From the IMG/VR virus record IMGVR_UViG_3300038713_000166, positions 1-53,821 of that record: DNA of 53,821 nt. One strand, written 5' to 3'. Every line of letters begins with the position of its first letter. The first letter of the stretch is position 1. This DNA comes from a virus (lineage: Duplodnaviria; Caudoviricetes). Below are positions 9,356 to 18,044 of this stretch, one piece after another. Under the pieces are notes generated by a model. That model had not been told where the DNA came from and did no database searches. It was given only the letters and a program-made list of their open reading frames with translations. Position numbers and translations under genes: made by a program.

Positions 9356-9750
9356 TGTTACAAGCACTGATAGGTCCAGTTACTGGATTACTTGATAAAT
9401 TTATTCCAGACGCAGATCAAAAGGCGAAACTCGCCCACGAGATAGCCACGATGTCTGAAAAACATGCGCAGGAGGCTCTGCTTGCTCAGTTAGAGATTAA
9501 TAAAGCAGAGGCAGCGAGTGGCTCTATATTTAAGGGCGGCTGGCGCCCAGCAGTTGGGTGGGTCTGTGCGATCGCTTTTGCCTATCACTTTATCGTAAAA
9601 GATCTAATTATATTTGGCGCAAGTTTTGCTGGTGCAGAATTACCAGAGCTGCCTGATTTTGATATGGGTACACTTTTAACTGTTCTCGGTGGCATGCTTG
9701 GCATCGGAGGACTCAGAACATATGAAAAGCAAAAAGGTTTAACAAAATGA
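9355..9750 (+). CDS. Holin (GTA 3TM-like family)
   Basis: LDKFIPD..., GGWRPAVGWVC, GMLGIGGLRTYEK. Confidence 0.85.
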   Translation: MLQALIGPVTGLLDKFIPDADQKAKLAHEIATMSEKHAQEALLAQLEINKAEAASGSIFKGGWRPAVGWVCAIAFAYHFIVKDLIIFGASFAGAELPELPDFDMGTLLTVLGGMLGIGGLRTYEKQKGLTK

Positions 9751-9836
9751 TACATTTAAGTAAATGTCCAGAGTGTGGATTTGAGTTACCAGAGGGAGAT
9801 TTTTGTCCCATTTGTAAAGTAAGGAGAAAAAAATGA
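9747..9836 (+). CDS. 29-aa zinc-ribbon peptide (not in ORF track)
   Basis: MIHLSKCPECG...FCPICKVRRKK*; ATGA overlaps on both sides. Confidence 0.55.
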   Translation: MIHLSKCPECGFELPEGDFCPICKVRRKK

Positions 9837-9934
9837 TTTGGTTTTACTTGTCACTTTTTAAATTCTTTAATAAGATAGGTAATTATTACTATAAGCTTCA
9901 CGTTAAGGAGGTTAGACGTGCCCAAGGACGATGA
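9833..9934 (+). CDS. 33-aa peptide (not in ORF track)
   Basis: AGGAG RBS; MIWFYLSLFKFFNKIGNYYYKLHVKEVRRAQGR*. Confidence 0.5.
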   Translation: MIWFYLSLFKFFNKIGNYYYKLHVKEVRRAQGR

Positions 9935-10079
9935 AATATGTTTTATACACAAAATTGCTTATACTAAAACTATCACCGAAGAACCTATTCCAACTGTAGG
10001 CATGACTAAATTTATAACTTACAAATGTCCAATGTGCGTTATGCCCATAGAGGAGACAGTTTATGCCACTGACAAGTAA
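9918..10079 (+). CDS. 53-aa Cys/His peptide (not in ORF track)
   Basis: AAGGAGG RBS, GTG start; CFIH...CPMC. Confidence 0.55.
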   Translation: MPKDDEICFIHKIAYTKTITEEPIPTVGMTKFITYKCPMCVMPIEETVYATDK

Positions 10080-10236
10080 AGGCAAAAAAATTATGAAAGC
10101 CATGAAAAAGCAGTATGGCAAAAAGGCAGAAGAAGTATTTTATGCTAGTAAAAACAAAGGAGTCATAAAAGGTGTTGACAAAAAACGGAAAACAAAAAGT
10201 AAAAAAAGTAGCAAAAATGCTAAAAAAAGCGTCTAA
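10063..10236 (+). CDS. 57-aa highly basic protein (not in ORF track)
   Basis: GAGGAG RBS; MPLTSKGKKIMKAMKKQYGKKAEEVFYASKNKG... Confidence 0.7.
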   Translation: MPLTSKGKKIMKAMKKQYGKKAEEVFYASKNKGVIKGVDKKRKTKSKKSSKNAKKSV

Positions 10237-10280
10237 TGCTCATGCTAAACAATCAAAAATTTTGTCAAAGTTGGTAAAGA

Positions 10281-10574
10281 ATGGCAAGAAAAAGAAAAGA
10301 TCCTAAAGTCGGCACTGGTAAAAAACCAAAAGGAACTGGTAGGAGGTTATATACAGATGAAAATCCTAAAGACACTGTCAGAATTAAATATGCGACTGTG
10401 GCAGATGCTAGGGCAACTGCTGCAAAAGTTAAAAGAATTAGCAAACCCTATGCTCGTAAAATTCAAATCCTCACAGTCATGGAGCAAAGAGCCAAAGTTG
10501 CAGGAAAGAATGAACAAGCTAGAATCGCTAAGAGAGCCAAAGAAACCCTCAAAAAAAGGAGAGAAAAAAAATGA
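10281..10574 (+). CDS. Highly basic hypothetical protein
   Basis: KDPKVGTGKKPKGTGRRLYTDENPKDTV... Confidence 0.75.
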   Translation: MARKRKDPKVGTGKKPKGTGRRLYTDENPKDTVRIKYATVADARATAAKVKRISKPYARKIQILTVMEQRAKVAGKNEQARIAKRAKETLKKRREKK

Positions 10575-11052
10575 AAAACAAAAAAGGCCTCGTGGGCGAC
10601 CAAGAAAAATCGCTAATGACTTGATTGAAAACAAATTATTTTCAAGACAATGGATATATGATAATATCTTTGAATTAAACGACCAAGAAAAAATTGATGT
10701 GGCAGCACCCTTTGGTGAAATTACTGGTGCTGATTTTGCGAAACTTAGAAAAATGCAAACTGGTGGTGCTACAGATATGGAAAAAGATCCACGTTATAAA
10801 ATGTTAATGGATAAACTTGACAGTGCAAGGGACAAAGGCGATACAGATGCAATCAGAGAAATAGAATCTGATTTAGCCAAAGAATTTGGTGTTGGCATGA
10901 TGGGTGGTGGCTCCGTTGACGATAAAATGAAATATGGTGGTGGTGGAGACATCATGATCAAAACTGTTGAAATATCCATGAAAATACCAGAAAAGCAAAA
11001 AAGAGGAACTGGCGCAGCAATGTCTGGCACTAAGTTTAGTGGCACATATTAA
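10571..11052 (+). pseudogene. xxGG-motif protein apparently frame-broken by an 83-bp insert
   Basis: ATG 10571 gives MKNKKGLVGDQEK and then a stop. Removing the 83 nt between CGACCAAGAAAAA repeats (10597 and 10680) joins it in frame to IDVAAPFGEITGADF...RGTGAAMSGTKFSGTY. Confidence 0.55.
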
Positions 11053-11086
11053 TGAAACAAAAAATGATGGTAGTAAAGGTGGGGAT

Positions 11087-11722
11087 GTGGCTGAGTTAGT
11101 TTGTAATCTCCCCTCTGTGGATGTTTATGTTCGTAAAGAATATTTAAGAGATAATGAAGATAGTCATGGTAAATTTGTAAAAGGTGTATGGGTTTCTGCC
11201 AAATCTATACCTGGTAGAGCTTTTTATTTTGAAACATTTTTACCAGAGTATGGTGCTTTATACGATAAGCTTCCCATTTCTGCATTTGTTTCAAGTCCAG
11301 AAACACCAAAACCAGATTTGAACTTACCTAACTTACAGTTTTGGAATTGTATGGATTATGGAGTCACTGCTATAACAAAACAATTTATAGGCTCAATGGA
11401 CTTTGAAATTCTTACGAGAGATCAAGGTGTTATGCACGGATCTTATATCTGTACATTAGATAATTATCATCCAGACTCAGATAACATTGACTATAGCACA
11501 AGCGAAACACCTGCAGAACATAAGTCATTTAATTTACTTGAACTTGATAATGGACAATATTGTTTGTATCCTAATAATAGAATGAGAGTATATGATAATT
11601 CACTTACTCCTAAAGAACCTAAGATGCCAGATTTCAAAGTAAGCACTGAATATTACCAAGTTGAAAACGGAAATGAGTATAGACTAGGTGATACAGATGA
11701 TTATTTTTGGAAAGAAAAATAA
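11087..11722 (+). CDS. Phage hypothetical protein (probable GTG start at 11087; ORF is open from 11039)
   Basis: YVRKEYL...LQFWNC...EHKSFN...YPNNR. Confidence 0.75.
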   Translation: MAELVCNLPSVDVYVRKEYLRDNEDSHGKFVKGVWVSAKSIPGRAFYFETFLPEYGALYDKLPISAFVSSPETPKPDLNLPNLQFWNCMDYGVTAITKQFIGSMDFEILTRDQGVMHGSYICTLDNYHPDSDNIDYSTSETPAEHKSFNLLELDNGQYCLYPNNRMRVYDNSLTPKEPKMPDFKVSTEYYQVENGNEYRLGDTDDYFWKEK

Positions 11723-11931
11723 TGGATATAGTTGACTTTTCACAAAAATTGTACAAAAGATTAAAAGAACGTGAAGACGACATCGTCTTGACGCTGACAA
11801 CTGGTGCTGTTTCTAATCATGAACAGTACAAGCAGCTAGTAGGTGAGTTACAAGGACTCTCATATACTAAAGATCAAATTAAGTCCTTGCTGGAAGGAAA
11901 AATAGATGACGAAGACATTATACGTACCTGA
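11722..11931 (+). CDS. Hypothetical protein preceding groES
   Basis: TAATG coupling; YKQLVGELQGL. Confidence 0.7.
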   Translation: MDIVDFSQKLYKRLKEREDDIVLTLTTGAVSNHEQYKQLVGELQGLSYTKDQIKSLLEGKIDDEDIIRT

Positions 11932-12322
11932 GTATCTAAAAAATCAATTAGAAAAAAATAAACCCCAAACAGACGATTTAAAACTAAAAGAAAGACTCCC
12001 ACAACCAACTGGTTGGAGAATCTTAGTCATGCCTTACAAAGGGCGTGAAAAAACAGATGGTGGTATTCATTTGCCAGATGCAGTTAGAGATCGTGAAGCA
12101 TTAGCTACAGTTGTAGCCTATGTCCTTAAAGTTGGACCTTTAGCATATAAAGATCAAGACAAATTTGGAGATGGAGAACCTTGGTGTAAAGAAGGTGATT
12201 GGATTTGTATTGGTCGATATTCTGGATCAAGATTTAGAATAGAAGGCGGAGAGGTAAGAATTATCAACGATGACGAAGTCATAGCGACAATCGTTGACCC
12301 AGAAGACATTCAGCACATTTAA
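11906..12322 (+). CDS. groES: Co-chaperonin GroES-like
   Basis: PQPTGWRILV...TDGGIHLPD...VLKVGPLAY...RIINDDEVIA. Confidence 0.9.
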   Translation: MTKTLYVPEYLKNQLEKNKPQTDDLKLKERLPQPTGWRILVMPYKGREKTDGGIHLPDAVRDREALATVVAYVLKVGPLAYKDQDKFGDGEPWCKEGDWICIGRYSGSRFRIEGGEVRIINDDEVIATIVDPEDIQHI

Positions 12323-12331
12323 GGAGATATC

Positions 12332-13237
12332 ATGGCTACTATAGAAAAAAATGAAGTTAAACAAGAAGAAAATGTTTCACGTGAAACAACAGAGGATAAA
12401 CCAGTTGAAGTAGAATTACCTCTTGGTCTTGACGAAAAAGATAAGAAACCCGAGGAAGTCACTGAAACTAAAGAAGAAAAAAAAGAAGACGAAGTAACGG
12501 AATACAGTAAAAAGGTTCAAACAAGAATAAACCAAATTACTGATCGTTACAGAAAAGAACAAAGAGATAAAGAGGAAGCTGTACGTCTAGCTCAAACGTT
12601 AAAAGATCAAAATGAAAAACTTCAAACTCAAATATCAAATTTAGATAAAGGTTATATATCTGAGTACGGCACAAGGATTGAGTCTCAGCTTGCTTCTGCT
12701 TCTGACGCACTTAAAAAAGCATATGAAGTAAATGACACTGACGCAATAGTTAAAGCACAGCAAGCGATTGCTAAGGCAACCATTGAACAAGAAAGACATA
12801 GAATAGCCAAAGAAAGACAAGAGCAAAATGTTTCACGTGAAACATCTCAGCCTCAAACTATTCAACAACCACAACAACCCGTCCAACAAGAGCCAGATCC
12901 AAAGGCAAAAGCATGGGCAGAAAAGAACACTTGGTTTGGTGAAAATGAGGAAATGACCTATCTTGCTTTAGGCTTAGATAAAAAATTAGTACAAGAAGGA
13001 TTTGACTTAGGAAGTGATGAGTACTATTCTGAGTTAGATAAACGAATTAGGATAAGATTTCCTGAAGAGTTTAAACAAGAAACGAGTGGTGTTAACAGAG
13101 TCGCCCCTGCTGATAGCACCGCATCTCGCAGTAATTCAAAGGGACGCAGGACTGTGAAGTTGTCGCCATCACAAGTTGCTATGGCAAAAAGACTGAATGT
13201 TCCGCTAGAAGAATATGCTAAATATGTAAAAGAGTAG
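12332..13237 (+). CDS. Probable capsid scaffolding protein
   Basis: Acidic coiled-coil upstream of the capsid genes; C-terminus VKLSPSQVAMAKRLNVPLEEYAK; AAGGAG RBS. Confidence 0.7.
   Translation: MATIEKNEVKQEENVSRETTEDKPVEVELPLGLDEKDKKPEEVTETKEEKKEDEVTEYSKKVQTRINQITDRYRKEQRDKEEAVRLAQTLKDQNEKLQTQISNLDKGYISEYGTRIESQLASASDALKKAYEVNDTDAIVKAQQAIAKATIEQERHRIAKERQEQNVSRETSQPQTIQQPQQPVQQEPDPKAKAWAEKNTWFGENEEMTYLALGLDKKLVQEGFDLGSDEYYSELDKRIRIRFPEEFKQETSGVNRVAPADSTASRSNSKGRRTVKLSPSQVAMAKRLNVPLEEYAKYVKE
12373..12388. promoter_or_regulatory. parS-like palindrome, copy 2
   Basis: TGTTTCACGTGAAACA exact, inside the scaffold gene. Confidence 0.8.
12829..12844. promoter_or_regulatory. parS-like palindrome, copy 3
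   Basis: TGTTTCACGTGAAACA exact, inside the scaffold gene. Confidence 0.8.
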
Positions 13238-13245
13238 GATATAAC

Positions 13246-13692
13246 ATGACAGACAGAACAACTCCACGATCAGATACTACACGTGCTAAAACAGCACGCA
13301 GAAAGCCATGGGCACCACCTAGTAAGTTGGATGCACCGAAGCCAAAGGATGGATTCAAACATCGTTGGATTAGAACTCATTTAAGAGGAGATGACGATCA
13401 AATGAACGTTCATCAGAGACTTAGAGAAGGTTATGAACCAGTGAGATCAGATGAATATCCAGATCAACAATTTGCTTCGGTTGAAGAAGGCAAACATGAG
13501 GGTGTAATTGGTAATGGTGGGTTAATGCTCGCCAGAATACCTGAAGAGACAGTTGAAGAGAGAACTGAATACTTTCGGGATCAGACCCGCAATCAAATGA
13601 CTGCCGTAGATCAGGACTTAATGAAGGAACAACATCCTTCGATGCCTATTGAGAAAAGTAGGCGTAGTCAAGTAACTTTTGGAAAGGAATAA
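13246..13692 (+). CDS. Head-module hypothetical protein
   Basis: WAPPSKLDAP...HRWIR...GGLMLARIP; between scaffold and capsid genes. Confidence 0.8.
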   Translation: MTDRTTPRSDTTRAKTARRKPWAPPSKLDAPKPKDGFKHRWIRTHLRGDDDQMNVHQRLREGYEPVRSDEYPDQQFASVEEGKHEGVIGNGGLMLARIPEETVEERTEYFRDQTRNQMTAVDQDLMKEQHPSMPIEKSRRSQVTFGKE

Positions 13693-13723
13693 CTCTTTTT
13701 CATAATTTTATAAGGAGCTATAA

Positions 13724-14350
13724 ATGGCAAATGCAGATTTAAAATTTGGATTGAAGCCGATTAATGCTATTGGGGGTACATTCCCAGGTGGCACGAATCA
13801 GTATTTCATTGCTAGTGATGCATCAGCTATTTTCCAAGGCTCTCCTGTTCAAGCAGAGTTAACTGGTGGTACAGTACAAGTTTTAGGTAACGCCACTGGT
13901 GATACAAAGCAGATCTTAGGAGTTTTTGCTGGGTGTGAATATGTTGACGCAACTACAAAGAAATTAAAATTTTCCAATACGTGGCCAGGATCTGGTTCAG
14001 CGGATACAAATTTTGATATTAAAGCTTTCGTATATGACAATCCAATGCAAAGGTTTGTTATATGTTCTGATGGTACTAATACTAACAGAGCGACTGCAAA
14101 AGCTGATATCTTTAAAACTGCTGAGATAGAAAACGCTACTAGTGGAAATACTACAACTGGTATATCTACTGCACAGATAGATATCTCTACTGCTGAAGAT
14201 TCCGATCCATCAAATCCTTTGATGATTGTTGGAATTCAAGAGGACGTTGAGAATGAAGATCATTCTGCTGCAGGTGTAAAATATATCGTAAAAATTAACA
14301 ATCATGTCTTCTTCAGTTCTGTTGGAGATGCTGATGCAGCTATATCATAA
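13724..14350 (+). CDS. Probable capsid decoration / minor capsid protein
   Basis: MAN...FGLKP start, beta-rich, directly before the MCP; AAGGAG RBS. Confidence 0.65.
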   Translation: MANADLKFGLKPINAIGGTFPGGTNQYFIASDASAIFQGSPVQAELTGGTVQVLGNATGDTKQILGVFAGCEYVDATTKKLKFSNTWPGSGSADTNFDIKAFVYDNPMQRFVICSDGTNTNRATAKADIFKTAEIENATSGNTTTGISTAQIDISTAEDSDPSNPLMIVGIQEDVENEDHSAAGVKYIVKINNHVFFSSVGDADAAIS

Positions 14351-14362
14351 GGAGGCTTAATT

Positions 14363-15271
14363 ATGGCGATATCTAGAGCTCAACTAGCCAAAGAATTAGA
14401 GCCAGGGTTAAATGCTCTCTTTGGTATGGAATTCGCAAGGTATGAAAATCAACATGCGGAAATTTTTACAACTGAGTCTTCAGACAGATCATTTGAAGAA
14501 GAAGTAATGCTCTCAGGTTTTGGTGCAGCACCAGTGAAACAAGAGGGTTCTGGAGTATCATTTGATGATGCTAACGAATCATTCACTGCTCGTTACAACC
14601 ATGAGACAATTGCTTTGGCATTCTCAATCACTGAAGAAGCAGTTGAGGACAACTTGTATGACAGATTGTCTTCAAGATACACTCGTGCATTGGCAAGATC
14701 TATGGCGCACACAAAGCAAGTTAAGGCAGCTTCTGTTCTTAATAACGCTTTTGATAGCACAGTTACTGGTGGTGACGGAGTTGAATTATGTTCAACTGCA
14801 CACCCAATTATAACTGGTGGTACTTTTGCTAATGAGCCATCAACTGATGCAGACTTAAACGAAACATCACTTGAAGATGCTTTAATAAGCATTGCAGGTT
14901 TTGTTGACGAGAGAGGTCTTAAAATTGCATTAACTGGTAGAAAACTTGTTATACCACGTCAATTGCAATTTGTTGCAGAAAGACTAATGGCATCAAATCT
15001 AAGAACTGCAACAGCAGATAATGACATTAACGCTATTAGATCCACTGGCATGTTACCAGAGGGTTACACAGTTAATGACTTTTTAACTGATACTGATGCA
15101 TTCTTCATCTTAACAGATGCTCCAAGAGGGTTCATGCACTTCGAAAGAGTGCCATTAGCTACTCAAATGGAGGCAGATTTTGATACTGGCAACATGAGAT
15201 TTAAGGCCAGAGAAAGATACAGTTTTGGATTCTCTGATCCAAGATGTGTTTTCGGATCAAAAGGTGCATAA
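14363..15271 (+). CDS. Major capsid protein
   Basis: MAISRAQLAKELEPGLNALFG...RERYSFGFSDPR; strong AAGGAGG RBS and a terminator after the stop. Confidence 0.9.
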   Translation: MAISRAQLAKELEPGLNALFGMEFARYENQHAEIFTTESSDRSFEEEVMLSGFGAAPVKQEGSGVSFDDANESFTARYNHETIALAFSITEEAVEDNLYDRLSSRYTRALARSMAHTKQVKAASVLNNAFDSTVTGGDGVELCSTAHPIITGGTFANEPSTDADLNETSLEDALISIAGFVDERGLKIALTGRKLVIPRQLQFVAERLMASNLRTATADNDINAIRSTGMLPEGYTVNDFLTDTDAFFILTDAPRGFMHFERVPLATQMEADFDTGNMRFKARERYSFGFSDPRCVFGSKGA

Positions 15272-15307
15272 TTTAAATTCCTAATCCTCATCGAGCGGGA
15301 ATGAAAG

Positions 15308-15334
15308 GAGCGACTTTACAGTCGCTCTTTTTTT
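15308..15334 (+). terminator. Rho-independent terminator after MCP
   Basis: GAGCGACT-ttac-AGTCGCTC followed by a run of 7 T. Confidence 0.85.
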
Positions 15335-15401
15335 ATGTTATAGTTTTTTAATACCTTGACGAAGAATTAACTTCGACATTGGCCAAGACAAGGAGATTCA
15401 T

Positions 15402-16028
15402 ATGGCTAATACAACTTTTTCGGGTCCAGTCCGATCAGAGGGTGGTTTTACATCAGTAAGTAAAAACGCTACAACTGGAGCATTCACTACACAATCTAGT
15501 ATTAATTCAAGCGGTATTGCATCTTTTGATGCTAACACAATGCCAACAGAAGCTGGTACTGGTATTACTGGTGGAACAGGAACCATTTACAGAAGTTCTG
15601 TTATGAGATCAGGTGGTATCATCACAACAAGAATATTAATAGATTTAACTGGTTTAAGATCAACTGCATCTGGCGACATAATTGGTGTAAATGGAACATC
15701 TAATGTTTGTCACATAGGTCAAATAACTGCTGCTAGAAATGGCACAATCTTAACAGGTAGTATGGAATGTTTTGAAGCACCTGCAGGTGGTGATCCAGAC
15801 ATTAACGTACATTCTGCCACAGAGGGCACAGGTGTTGAAGACGGAGCGATTGGCGATTTAACTGAAACATTATTAGTTAACGCTGGTGATGCAACACTTG
15901 GAAGTAAAGTTTTCTTTACTGCTCTTCCTGCTGCTGACGAGTTTTTATACTTAACACTTGGTGATACAACAGATGCTGATTATACAGCAGGTAAATTGTT
16001 AATTGAATTAATGGGTTACGAAGCTTAG
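15402..16028 (+). CDS. Virion structural protein
   Basis: MANTTFSGPVRS start, Thr/Gly-rich; AAGGAG RBS. Confidence 0.7.
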   Translation: MANTTFSGPVRSEGGFTSVSKNATTGAFTTQSSINSSGIASFDANTMPTEAGTGITGGTGTIYRSSVMRSGGIITTRILIDLTGLRSTASGDIIGVNGTSNVCHIGQITAARNGTILTGSMECFEAPAGGDPDINVHSATEGTGVEDGAIGDLTETLLVNAGDATLGSKVFFTALPAADEFLYLTLGDTTDADYTAGKLLIELMGYEA

Positions 16029-16041
16029 TTAGGAGAGTGAT

Positions 16042-16644
16042 ATGGCAGGTCGTTCAGACGTACGAGCACTCACAGTTAGTGATGAAAATGCAGCAAGCAC
16101 CACAAGAATAGCTGCTGCCGCTAGACCAGCTACAGCATTTACTTTAGCTAACACCGATCATGCGGGTGGAGCAGGAAGAAATGTTACAGTAACAACAACT
16201 GGCACTGGAGACAATGCGAAGACTGTTACTATTGTTGGCACAGATGTTTTTGGCAACGCTTTAACTGAAGTTATTACTTCAACAAGCTCTGCTGAAACAG
16301 TGGCAGGAACAAGTATATTTTTGTCGATATCTTCAGCAACTTGTTCAGCGCAATATGCAGCAAACGTTTCTGTTGGTTCTGGATCATTGTGTGGACAAGC
16401 TATTTTTGGTGGTAGAACAAGATTGAAAGGTTTTTCTGTAACATCTGGTGGCACTGCAGGTGATGTTGAATTTTTCGATGGCACACCAGAAGATGGCACT
16501 GTTTTATTTAAATCAAGAACAAATGGGACTGCTAATACTGTGATTGATAGAAATATACCAGACGAGGGTGTGTTGTTTGCAAGTGGAATGTCTGTGAAGT
16601 ACACAGTTGACGTTTCAGATATGATGACTTTCTTCTTTGCATAG
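16042..16644 (+). CDS. Virion structural protein
   Basis: Thr/Ala/Gly-rich beta protein ending IPDEGVLF...TFFFA. Confidence 0.7.
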   Translation: MAGRSDVRALTVSDENAASTTRIAAAARPATAFTLANTDHAGGAGRNVTVTTTGTGDNAKTVTIVGTDVFGNALTEVITSTSSAETVAGTSIFLSISSATCSAQYAANVSVGSGSLCGQAIFGGRTRLKGFSVTSGGTAGDVEFFDGTPEDGTVLFKSRTNGTANTVIDRNIPDEGVLFASGMSVKYTVDVSDMMTFFFA

Positions 16645-16652
16645 GAGAAACT

Positions 16653-16937
16653 ATGTCTAGAAAAAAAGACAAACAACCACCTAAAACAAAAAAGTATTTC
16701 CGCCCCACTAAAAAAGGGGCGGGAATGACCAAGGCTGGTGTTGCTCGATATAGAAGAGAAAATCCTGGTAGTAAACTAAAAACTGCTGTTACTGGTAAAG
16801 TTAAGCCTGGTAGTAAGGCAGCTAAAAGACGTAAGTCTTTTTGTGCTAGAAGTGCGGGTCAAATGAAAAAATTTCCAAAGGCGGCTAAAGATCCGAATAG
16901 CCGTTTAAGACAAGCAAGAAGAAGATGGAAGTGTTAG
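16653..16937 (+). CDS. Basic protein (DUF6321-like)
   Basis: NPGSKLK...RRKSFCARS...DPNSRLRQARRRWKC. Confidence 0.75.
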   Translation: MSRKKDKQPPKTKKYFRPTKKGAGMTKAGVARYRRENPGSKLKTAVTGKVKPGSKAAKRRKSFCARSAGQMKKFPKAAKDPNSRLRQARRRWKC

Positions 16938-17096
16938 ATGACAAGTAAAGAATTATTAAAAATGTTGGAAAAACATGAAGAAGTTTGTAATGCTAGATTT
17001 GATGGTATTAATCAAAAACTTAATAAACTAGACAATAGATTATGGATGATAGTATCATTAATCATAGTTGCTAGTGGTTTGGAGCAACTAATATAA
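16938..17096 (+). CDS. 52-aa coiled-coil plus TM peptide (not in ORF track)
   Basis: MTSKELLKMLEKHEEVCNARF...LWMIVSLIIVASGLEQLI*. Confidence 0.65.
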   Translation: MTSKELLKMLEKHEEVCNARFDGINQKLNKLDNRLWMIVSLIIVASGLEQLI

Positions 17097-17257
17097 TGAC
17101 TATGGGTAGGTCACAAATGTCAAAGCAAGTGACCAATCCACCTAGAAAGAAGAAGTGGAGTGCCAAAAGAAAGAGGAAGATCAATTGCAAACGACCTAGA
17201 GGATTTTCTGAAAGAGCACATTGTGCCGCTAAAAAAAGGAGAAGTAATAAGAGGTAA
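17096..17257 (+). CDS. 53-aa basic peptide (not in ORF track)
   Basis: KWSAKRKRKINCKRPRGFSERAHCA; TAATG coupling. Confidence 0.6.
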   Translation: MTMGRSQMSKQVTNPPRKKKWSAKRKRKINCKRPRGFSERAHCAAKKRRSNKR

Positions 17258-17329
17258 TCCAGTAAAAATTTGCTATGAATGTGGTAGAAAAAAATGGACT
17301 TGTAAGTGTTATAAAATAAGGAGTAAGTA

Positions 17330-17614
17330 ATGCCAAAAGACGCATGTTATTATAAAGTCAAAGCTAGATATAAAGTATTTCCATCAGCTTATGCATCAGG
17401 AGCTATAGCTAAATGTAGAAAAGTTGGTGCTGCAAACTATGGCACTGGTGGTAAAAAGAAAAAGACTAAGAAAAAAGCTGAAGGTGGTGTAGTCATGTTG
17501 AATGTTGGTGGCGCAACCATGCCAAAAAATAATAGGAAACGTGCTTCTAATAAGAAAAATGTAGCACGAGGTTGTGGTGTTGTAATGAGAAGAAAAGAAA
17601 CGTTTTACGCATAA
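17330..17614 (+). CDS. Basic protein with xxGG motifs
   Basis: DACYYKVKARYKVFPSAYASGAIAKCRK...KAEGGVV...ARGCG. Confidence 0.75.
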   Translation: MPKDACYYKVKARYKVFPSAYASGAIAKCRKVGAANYGTGGKKKKTKKKAEGGVVMLNVGGATMPKNNRKRASNKKNVARGCGVVMRRKETFYA

Positions 17615-17892
17615 TGGCTGTAAGAAAAACAAAAGCTGGTTTAGCACTTAAAAGATGGTTCAAAGAAGATTGGAAAGATCAAAGAACTGGTAAGAAGTGT
17701 GGGAGACAAAAGGGTGAAAAAAGAGGCACGCCTTATTGCAGACCAACAAAACGTATTTCTAAGGAAACACCAAAAACTGCATCTGAGATGACAGCGGCTG
17801 AAAAACGTAGTAGGATAGCACAGAAGAAGAGATTAGGACAGCCAGCGGGTAAACCAAGAAGAGTTAAAGCACTAAAAAGGAAAAAGAAATGA
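17614..17892 (+). CDS. Basic hypothetical protein
   Basis: MAVRKTKAGLALKRWFKEDW...CGR...PYCRP; TAATG coupling. Confidence 0.75.
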   Translation: MAVRKTKAGLALKRWFKEDWKDQRTGKKCGRQKGEKRGTPYCRPTKRISKETPKTASEMTAAEKRSRIAQKKRLGQPAGKPRRVKALKRKKK

Positions 17893-18044
17893 ACAAAAAA
17901 ACTGCACTGAACAAAGCTATACAAAATGTAAAAAATAAAACAAAAGCTAAATCTAAAACAAAAGGTAAGCTAAATCCTGGTCTTCAAGCTTTCTTAAATA
18001 AGAAAAAGAAAAAAGCTAGTAACAAGAAAAAAATGGCTTAAGAT

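Noticed and set aside
10357-10570. N-terminal extension of the 231-aa ORF in the track
   Set aside because: It overlaps a better gene (10281-10574) in another frame; the coupled ATG at 10571 is more plausible.
10597-10692. T4 gene 60-style ribosomal bypass or intron
   Set aside because: The stop is four codons after the matching codon, no take-off hairpin is seen, and the segment is too short for a self-splicing intron.
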